This document shows, piece after piece, positions 20,216 through 32,000 of a stretch of DNA of 32,000 bases. The translations under genes were made by a program, and so were the position numbers. This stretch comes from Ureaplasma parvum serovar 3 str. ATCC 27815. GTDB lineage: Bacteria; Bacillota_I; Bacilli_A; Mycoplasmatales; Mycoplasmoidaceae. The stretch spans positions 120,001-152,000 of the forward strand of contig NC_010503.1 of the NCBI RefSeq assembly GCF_000019345.1, written 5' to 3'. The first letter of the stretch is position 1, and every line of letters starts with the position of its first letter. The notes beneath the pieces are model-generated. The model was given only the letters and a program-made list of their open reading frames with translations. It ran no database searches and was not told the DNA's origin.

Positions 20216-22252
20216 ATGAAAATTAATAAAAAATTATTAAAAATTTTTGCTGGAATTACTAGTTTGTTAGTTTTTATACCTATAATTACAGCTTGTAGTC
20301 AAAAATCAAAACTTGTAGTTGGTAATTTTGATTCTTATATGGATCCAGATGTTGCTAATGAGCAAGCAAAACGATTTCGTAAAAATAATTTATCATATAG
20401 TTTTTATGATAATAATGAAATTTTAAGTTCATTAATTAAAGCAAAAATTTCAGATGTACAAGTTGCTTCAGCATATGAAGTAGCTAAATTAGCAAAAAAT
20501 GGATTAATTAAGAAAATTAATTGAGCAAAATTTAATTTGAAAGATGAAAATAACCAAACAATTACTTCAATTGAAGGTTTAAAAAAAATTTTCACAAAGC
20601 AAGTTTGAGCAATTTCAAATGCTTATTCATCATATTTAGGAGATTTAGATAAGGATGGTAAAAATGACCAATTATTAGAATATATGATTCCTTATTTTTA
20701 CCAAGATTTAATTTTTGCTTATCGTGGTAAAAAAATTCCTAATTTGGATGATAATAAAAAAGATGTTTATTGAAGTGATGTTTTTAAAGAATTAACACGT
20801 AATGATGGCACACCCAATCGTTTTTTATATGAACAAAAAGCTAATTTAGGATTTGGTGTAGATAAAAGAACTCCGATTACAATTGCTAAAAATAAAACAA
20901 AAATTATAGCTATTGATGATGCGAGAACAATTTATGATATTGCTAAAATTATGCAATTAGAAGGGGATAATAAAAATAACATTATTAAAATTATTAATCA
21001 TGAAATTCTAGGAATTGATAATAGTATTAGTCAAATTTTACATATTTTAAAAAATCCGAATATAAAAGAAGATATTAAAGAAGAAAATATTAAAAAATTA
21101 AAGCGTTTGCAAAAACAATTAGAAGATAGACAAAAAGAATTAAAAACGAATGTGTTCTTACCAGATAGTAGTAGTGTATCTTATATTGAAGATAAATTAA
21201 ACAATATTAGTAATATGTTTAAAAATCTACATCCTAACTCTATGTATTTAAAAGCAAATTCAAACGATGTATTAAATGATTTAGCAATGGCTAATGTTGC
21301 TGGAGCAATTGCTTATAGTGGCGATATTGCTTTTGCTGCTAATGGGGGCGAGTATACAACTGAAGCTGATTCAAATTATGCAAACATGAAGCCAACATCA
21401 GATAATTTTCATGTTGTACGACCTAAAGATACGATGAGTGTTTTAGATGGTTTTACAATTAGTAACTCAATTAATAAACAAAACGAACAAGCAGCCTATG
21501 AATATTTAAATGAATTATGTTTTGCTGGTCTTAATGAAAAAAACACAGATGGAGAATCTAAAATTTTAGACTATGGTTTGAAAATTCATCGTAATAAAAC
21601 ACCAAAAGAAATTGCTGATTACGAAAATAGTTTAGATGATCAAAATGAAGTTGGTGACGTTTTAGAAGATAGTGGATATTTGTATACGCCAATGCGTAAT
21701 TTTGATTATGTTCAATATTCGCCAACACTAAATACAATTGCTGATTATGTTTTAGATGAAAACAATGGATTTTATGGAAAAACTGGTTTTGAAAGTGATT
21801 TATTAAGACAAAAAATGGTTGAAATCTTTGAAATTGATACAAAATATAAAACAAAAAAAGAGCGCCAACGTAAACATAAATATATTTCATTATTAAATGA
21901 AATTATTAATCACATTTATAATACTTATCAAAAAGATAAAAAATTTATTTTTAATCCTACGTTAATTAATGATATATACGAACAAAAACCGATTAAAAAT
22001 TTAATATATGAGTGTTTAAATAATTTAAATATTAAAATTGAATCACATGTTTTTAATAATTATCTTTTATTAAAATTAGAAGCTATTTTTAATAACATCA
22101 ATGAAGAGGTTGAAGAACACGCTGCTTTAAACGCGACATTAAGAAAAATTTTTAATGTTCGTTTAAATATTAATACTTTAGAATTTCCCACAAATGATTT
22201 ATCAATTTCTAATTTAAAATTAGCATACCTTGCCTTCCGTGAAAAGATTTAA
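20216..22252 (+). CDS. potD: substrate-binding lipoprotein, PotD-like, about twice the usual length (678 aa)
   Basis: Lipobox ...LLVFIPIITAC-S. Track ORFs 20216-20524 and 20951-22252 are in frame, and I checked by hand that the gap contains only TGA codons. The PotD-like segment YMIPYFYQDLIFAYRG and the operon position after potABC support the call. Confidence 0.8.
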
Positions 22253-22349
22253 AAATATTAATTTAAGGTTGTTAAAAGGTTCTCATTTTTCAATATAAAC
22301 GTTAGTTTATTATATAATTAATATATAAGAATTTTATAATGGGGTAGTT

Positions 22350-22952
22350 ATGAATTATAAATATAGTGCTGAAGAAAAACAAATTATTTATAACTATATT
22401 TTAAGAGAATATGGGCAAGTGGACCACATTATATTTTTATCAAATGAACATATACGTGTTCCGATTGAATATGATATTTTAGTTATTAAAAAACAAAACT
22501 TACAAATATTAATGACTTTTGGACTAGGTGCTTTTAAATCACATAATCACGAAGAAAATACGCAAGAGCGTGCTGAGATTTTTTTAGAATTACCTGTTGA
22601 TTGAGATTTTAATAAACATGAAAACATGTGACCAGTTCATTTTTTAATTAATATCGTTAAATATTCTTATTCAAATCATTTAACACTAAAATGATTACAA
22701 ACCTTCATTAATCCCTCTTATTTTAATAAATCAAATAAAATTGCTGGGTTTTTAGATTTATCTTGATATGGCGAGAATTCTTTAGAGTGTAAAATTAATA
22801 ATGATTTTTTTGTAAGTTTTTATCAAATTTTAATTATTGATGATGAAGAATTATTCTATGCAAAAACAAATGGAATTCGTGCTTTAAGTAAATTCTTTGA
22901 TGATGGTAAATCAAGAATTGTTGATTTAAATCGAAAATCATTTGTTAAATAA
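22350..22952 (+). CDS. hypothetical protein, possibly SUFU-like (suppressor-of-fused domain) family
   Basis: The 200-aa frame runs through several TGA=Trp codons. The pattern ...LMTFGLGAF...ERAEIFLELPVDWDF...ENMWPVHFLINIVKYSY...FYQILIIDDEELFYAKTNGIRAL... resembles bacterial SUFU-domain proteins. That family assignment is from memory only. Confidence 0.6.
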
Positions 22953-22979
22953 AATACCAAGTCTAAAACTTGGTATTTT
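22951..22979 (+). terminator. rho-independent terminator
   Basis: AAAATACCAAG-TCTAAAA-CTTGGTATTTT forms a perfect 11-bp stem whose 3' arm ends in a T-run. Confidence 0.75.
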
Positions 22980-23014
22980 TCACAGATAAGTTAATAATAG
23001 TAAAAGAGATAGTG

Positions 23015-24142
23015 ATGAAAATATGTGATAATATTAGTGAAATAAATGATGATCAGGATTTAGTCTTTATTGATATTGAAGCAACAGATAGTAAGGGCGA
23101 ACAACGAATTATTCAGTTTAGCGGATACCGTTTAAATATTAAAAAAAATAAAATTTTTAATTTTAATAAAAAATTCAATCCTGAACAAGAAATTAATTCA
23201 CGTATTAAAACCTTGCTGAACTTTAATAAAAATTTTAATAATATTGAACAAATGCCAAAATTAGATAAGCAAGCAGCAAGAGAAATTTATTGTTTTGTTA
23301 AAAATGCGATTGTCATTACTTTCACAGATTTTGATATTAAAAAAATGCACGAGCTTTTTACATATTATAATTTCGATTTTGAAAAAATCGTTTATTTTGA
23401 TGTTTATAAGTTTTTTGAAAAAAAATTACAAACTAAATCAGTTCCTAGTTTATTTTCATTAGGAATTCTAAGTGGAATTAAAATTAATTTTTTCAAATTA
23501 CATAATGCGCTATATGATGCTTTTATTTTAAAAGAAATTTTTATGTGTATTCGTCATAAAACGAACGAAGAATTATATGAAATGTATCGTTATTATGAAT
23601 TTTTGCCAAAAATTATTTCTTCTTCATATTTTGTTACTAATGAACAAGAAAAAAACAGGGGAATTATTAAAAAAGAAATTAAGTATGTAATGTATATTAA
23701 AGAATTTGATTTCTCAAATAAATTTAATTTAGACTTTGTTGTTTATAAAAAAGATCATCATTTTTATTCAAAACCAATTTATGATAGTAGTTTAGAATTG
23801 CAAACAATTTCTTCACTAACTTCCAAATCTAATTTTATGAAAGTTAAATTAGCAAACATCTTTTTTAATTATTTAAGTAAAAGTGCTGTTTTTAGTATAA
23901 AAAAACTATCAATAAAACAAAGTGAAAAATTCTTAAAATTTTATAAAACACAGACTAATAAAAGAAAGGTTATTAAAGTTTTAAATTTAAATCTTAAAAA
24001 AGAAATTAAACCTGAGAATTTTGTCATAAAAGCTCAAATAATTTGTGAAATACTTTTTAAAAACCCAATAATTCATCATTTTGTACATGAATATTTAAAA
24101 ATTTTTCAAAATATATTTTCTCAAGAAGAAAAAGATAATTAA
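23015..24142 (+). CDS. DEDDh (DnaQ-like) 3'-5' exonuclease domain protein with an uncharacterised C-terminal half of about 200 aa
   Basis: Start taken at ATG 23015, because the track's TTG start at 22970 lies inside the upstream terminator. ExoI LVFIDIEATD, ExoII-like ITFTDFDIKKM, ExoIII HNALYDAFILKEIF. Confidence 0.8.
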   Translation: MKICDNISEINDDQDLVFIDIEATDSKGEQRIIQFSGYRLNIKKNKIFNFNKKFNPEQEINSRIKTLLNFNKNFNNIEQMPKLDKQAAREIYCFVKNAIVITFTDFDIKKMHELFTYYNFDFEKIVYFDVYKFFEKKLQTKSVPSLFSLGILSGIKINFFKLHNALYDAFILKEIFMCIRHKTNEELYEMYRYYEFLPKIISSSYFVTNEQEKNRGIIKKEIKYVMYIKEFDFSNKFNLDFVVYKKDHHFYSKPIYDSSLELQTISSLTSKSNFMKVKLANIFFNYLSKSAVFSIKKLSIKQSEKFLKFYKTQTNKRKVIKVLNLNLKKEIKPENFVIKAQIICEILFKNPIIHHFVHEYLKIFQNIFSQEEKDN

Positions 24143-24165
24143 AACTAAGGATTTAAAATTAAGTA

Positions 24166-25113
24166 ATGAATTTAAAAGAAATTAAAATTAAAATTAACGA
24201 TGCCAATCAACGTTTAGATCGTTTTTTATTAAAAAATTTTCCTAATTTATCAAGAATTGCTGTTTATAAAATAATTAGAACAAAAGATGTTAAAGTTAAT
24301 CATAAGAAAGTTGATCATAATTATTTATTAAAAGAAAATGATGTTGTTAGTATTTATGCTAAGGAGAATTTTTTAGAAAAAAAAGTTGACTTATCTTTTG
24401 CTAATGCTAAAGATGAATTAGATATTATATATGAAGATAAAAATATTTTAGTTGTTCACAAACCGATTGGTTTAATTGTTCATGAAGATAATAGATATAA
24501 AAATGACACTTTACAAAATAGAATTAAGAAATATTTAGTTAAAAAGGATGAATATCATCCTTTTGATGAAAGTGCTTTTGTTCCTAGCTTATGTCATCGT
24601 TTAGATTTAAATACAAGTGGATTAATTGTTGCAGCTAAAACTGCAAATGCTTTAAGAGTAATTACTGAAATGTTTAAAAATAATGATGTGATTCGAATTT
24701 ATAAATGTTTAACATACAATCAATTACCTAAAAATAATGATGTTATTTATAATTTCATGTATAAAGCTGATGATAACACAATGATTGTACAAAATTTTAA
24801 AACAAAATTTAATAAAACAGCAATTACCAAATATACATATATAGATAAGTATAAAAAATATTTTATTTATGACATTGAACTATTAACTGGAAGAACCCAC
24901 CAAATACGAGCAGTTTTAAATTTTTTGCATGCACCAATTGTTGGTGAACAAAAATACATCACTAAAGATATTGATAAGAATCAAAATTATATGTATCAAT
25001 GTTTAGTATCATATAAGATCAAATTTATTAATTTAAAGAAATATCAATGTGAAGAATTAAATTATTTAGAGAATAAAGAATTTAGAATAAAAAATATTTG
25101 ATTTTTAAAATAA
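24166..25113 (+). CDS. RluA-family (RluC/RluD-like) 23S rRNA pseudouridine synthase
   Basis: N-terminal S4-like region (RLDRFLLKNFPNLSRIAVYKIIRTKDVKVN), catalytic HRLDLNTSGLIV, and GRTHQIRAVL. One TGA at 25099-25101 is read as W. TAA at 25111-25113. Confidence 0.9.
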
Positions 25114-25179
25114 AAAATCTATATTGAATTAAGAATTTAAAAATATAAAAATACTTAATTAAAATTTAAAATAAATATC

Positions 25180-25209
25180 TTGACATTTTCTACACTTTTT
25201 TAATATAAT
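25180..25209 (+). promoter_or_regulatory. rRNA operon promoter P1
   Basis: TTGACA (25180-25185), an 18-nt spacer, then TATAAT (25204-25209). Confidence 0.6.
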
Positions 25210-25262
25210 CTTCTAGTGCTTTTAAGCAATTAGTTAAATAATTTAAAAAAATAAAATATTTC

Positions 25263-25296
25263 TTGACATTTTAAAAAAAATTGTTTATACTATAAT
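25263..25296 (+). promoter_or_regulatory. rRNA operon promoter P2
   Basis: TTGACA (25263-25268), a 17-nt spacer, then TATACT (25286-25291), which overlaps TATAAT at 25291-25296. Confidence 0.55.
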
Positions 25297-25368
25297 GTAT
25301 TGTGTTTAAAGATTATTAATAATTAATCACAATAAGAATGTTCTTTGAAAACTAAATAGAATCCGTCA

Positions 25369-26887
<1,519 letters not shown>

Positions 26888-27177
26888 TCGGAGTAAATTT
26901 TTAATTTACGTACTAATAAGTGTACATTTTTATTAAAATCCATATGAATATAAGCCACTTTTTTAAATATTTTTAAAAATTCATATGGTCGGATTCTATT
27001 TAGTTTTGAGAGTTTATTCTCTCCCATAATAATTAATTTATTATGGATGATCGATCTTTGAAAACTGAATAATTATCAACAAATCTTTCTAATCATTGAC
27101 ATTAAGTTGTCAGTGAACAGAAACTATATTAAATTAAATATAGTTAACAATCATAAATAAACAACTTTAAGGATTTA

Positions 27178-30087
<2,910 letters not shown>

Positions 30088-30151
30088 AGTTCTTAGTTAA
30101 TTTTTAGAAGAATAGTTGATAATATTTAGTTTTCAGATGTCGATCATAATT

Positions 30152-30257
30152 GTGTAGTGATTATATCAGAGTGGAAATACCTGTTCCCATCCCGAACACA
30201 GAAGTCAAGCACTCTAGAGCCGAAAATAGCGCAAGTAAAATAGGTCATCGCTACGCT
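30152..30257 (+). rRNA. rrf: 5S ribosomal RNA
   Basis: Contains CCTGTTCCCATCCCGAACACAGAAGTCAAGC. The terminal helix pairs GTGTAGTGAT with ATCGCTACGC. Confidence 0.9.
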
Positions 30258-30293
30258 AAAACCAACCTTGAAATTTAAGAGGTTGGTTTTTTT
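30258..30293 (+). terminator. rRNA operon terminator
   Basis: AAACCAACCT ... AGGTTGGTTT hairpin followed by a T-run that ends at 30293. Confidence 0.8.
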
Positions 30294-30398
30294 ATACTTA
30301 AATAATATATTTTTTAATATATATCAGTCTAATTTAAATAAATTAGTATATAATCAAAATGTGACAATCATTTATGATTAAGGATTTTATATTTAAAT

Positions 30399-30869
30399 AT
30401 GTTAAAGTTAATTTGATGTCAAACATTGAATGGTGGTATATCAAAAAATAATAAATTACCATGATATATAAAAGAAGAATTAGATCATTTTTATAAAACA
30501 ACAAAAAACCATAAAATTATAATGGGTAAAAACACTTTTGATTCATTAGATCAAAAACCATTAAATAATCGAACAAATATCATTTTTTCTTCAATTATGC
30601 AAACACCAGAAGACGAATCGTATTTTGTGACAAATGATTTTCAACAAGTATTAAACGATGCTAAAAAAGAGGATATTTTTATTATTGGCGGCAAGGAATT
30701 ATTTGATATTTTTTTAGCTTATGCAGATGTTTTAATTGTTTCTGTATTAAAAGATTATTATGATTGTGATCTATACATGAAAGTTGATTATAATAATTTT
30801 AATTTAGATAAACAAGATGTTTATGATAATTTTATTGTTAATTATTATTCAAATAAGAAGGAAAAATAA
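30399..30869 (+). CDS. folA: dihydrofolate reductase
   Basis: From ATG 30399 with two TGA=Trp codons: MLKLIWCQTLNGGISKNNKLPWYIKEELDHFYKTTKNHKIIMGKNTFDSLDQKPLNNRTNIIFS...IFIIGGKELF. The track shows only the part from 30522 onward. Confidence 0.9.
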
Positions 30870-30876
30870 AAGATTT

Positions 30877-31557
30877 ATGACCAAAAAACTGATTGTTTTT
30901 GATTTTGATGGTACAATTATGCACACGCATACAACTATGAGCCTATCTATTATTGGTGTTTTAGAATTTTATAATCATCATATACCAAGTTTAAAAGAAA
31001 TGAACGATCTGTTAGGTAATCTTTCTATGGTAAATATTTTTAAAAAGTATGCTAAACACGATCTTTTAAATATCGAAATTGAAATGATGATTTCTAAATA
31101 TTATGAAATATATGAATCTTCGCTTTTTATGATCCATAGTTATTTTTTTGATGGTATTTTAGACCTAATCAAAAAATTAAAATCACTTAATAATAATGTT
31201 AAATTAGCAATTTTATCAAATAAACGATCTTCTTTATTAGCAACAATGGTTGATTATTATAATTTACGACCTTATTTTGATTATATTTTTGGTGCTGAAG
31301 ATGTCGAACAAATGAAGCCAGATCCTAGTGGTTTACTAAAAATTATGAACAACTGTAATGTTGATCATAAAAATACTTTATTGATTGGTGATAGTATAGC
31401 TGATTTAAAAGCAGCTATAAATGCTAATTGTCATTTTATTTTAGTTAATTGAGAACCACAATATCAAAAGCACATGGAAACAATTATTAATTTAAAACCT
31501 CTTATTGTTAAAACAATTGATGAACTAGAAACACAAATTAACCACTTTTTATATTAA
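30877..31557 (+). CDS. HAD-superfamily hydrolase (phosphoglycolate phosphatase-like)
   Basis: ATG 30877 follows AAGAAGGAAAAA. HAD motif I LIVFDFDGTIMHT, motif II ILSNK, motif IV GDSIADLKAA. The TGA at 31453 is read as W. TAA at 31555-31557. Confidence 0.85.
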
Positions 31558-31613
31558 TGAACAAAAATGGCACAAAAAAGACTAGTTTATTATATAATAT
31601 ATAAGTGCTAGTT

Positions 31614-31687
31614 GCAGATGTAGTTCAATGGTAGAACGCAACCTTGCCAAGGTCGAGACGCGAGTTCGATTCTCGTCATCTGCTCCA
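31614..31687 (+). tRNA. tRNA-Gly (anticodon GCC)
   Basis: Cloverleaf read by hand. Acceptor stem GCAGATG/CATCTGC, D arm GTTC-AATGGTA-GAAC, anticodon loop TTGCCAA, T arm GCGAG-TTCGATT-CTCGT, and an encoded CCA end. Confidence 0.9.
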
Positions 31688-31696
31688 TTAATAAAT

Positions 31697-31730
31697 AAAA
31701 AAGCAATTCTATTATGAATTGCTTTTTTTA
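31697..31730. terminator. bidirectional terminator shared by tRNA-Gly and upp
   Basis: AAAAAAGCAATTC-TATTAT-GAATTGCTTTTTT, flanked by an A-run on one side and a T-run on the other. Confidence 0.8.
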
Positions 31731-31751
31731 TTCTTTACTTAATTATTAAAA

Positions 31752-32000
31752 TTATTTAGTACCGAAAATTCGATCACCAGCATCACCTAAACCAGGAGTG
31801 ATATATCCATTTTCATTTAATTTATCATCTAATGCTGCGATATAAACATCAACTTCAGGATGAACTTCTTGAACATATTTAAGACCTTCTGGAGCTGCAA
31901 CAATACATACAAATTTAATGGATTTTGGATTGTATTTTTTAATAATATTAACAGCTTCAACAACACTACCTCCTGTTGCTAACATTGGATCTAAAATAAT
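31752..32000 (-). CDS. upp: uracil phosphoribosyltransferase, 3' part (continues past the right edge)
   Basis: ...[16 protein letters not shown]...[17 protein letters not shown] is the UPRT C-terminal signature. TAA at 31752-31754. Confidence 0.9.
   Translation of the reverse strand: MILDPMLATGGSVVEAVNIIKKYNPKSIKFVCIVAAPEGLKYVQEVHPEVDVYIAALDDKLNENGYITPGLGDAGDRIFGTK

Noticed and set aside
30329-30354. The palindrome CTAATTTA-AA-TAAATTAG abutting a TATAAT box upstream of folA, as a possible operator
   Set aside because: Short A/T palindromes of this size are expected by chance in DNA this AT-rich, and no second copy or cognate regulator gene is seen. It is kept only as a weak promoter hint.

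Overview
This is an AT-rich Mollicutes-type (Mycoplasma-like) chromosomal window that must be read with genetic code 4. Every conserved gene that the supplied standard-code ORF track shows in 2-4 pieces (hsdR, uvrA, ftsH, serS, potA-D, two lipoproteins, folA and others) is one continuous frame once TGA is read as Trp. Left to right, the window holds: a Type I restriction-modification locus (188-6904) with an intact hsdR, an hsdM cut in two and permuted, and three partial hsdS modules spread over both strands; a small acidic protein with an extreme Cys/His-rich tail; uvrA with a tightly coupled lipoprotein; hpt-ftsH; serS; a potABCD-type ABC transporter operon; a possible SUFU-like protein; a DEDDh exonuclease-domain protein; an RluA-family pseudouridine synthase; one rRNA operon (16S-23S-5S, no spacer tRNA) with tandem promoters; folA; a HAD phosphatase; tRNA-Gly(GCC); and the 3' end of upp. 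The standout is the R-M locus. All three gene breakpoints sit in the same reading phase on an 11-bp core, AATTAGAATTA. Two in-place inversions would rebuild a collinear hsdM-hsdS-hsdR operon on the minus strand. A (GA)6 tract separates two hsdS modules that are one repeat unit out of frame, and a (TELE)4 12-bp tandem repeat sits in the hsdS central spacer region. Together these look like a multi-layer phase- and specificity-variable Type I system caught in an OFF arrangement. I found no CRISPR array, IS element, prophage or recombinase gene in the window. Function calls rest on motifs I read in the translations. No database search was possible.
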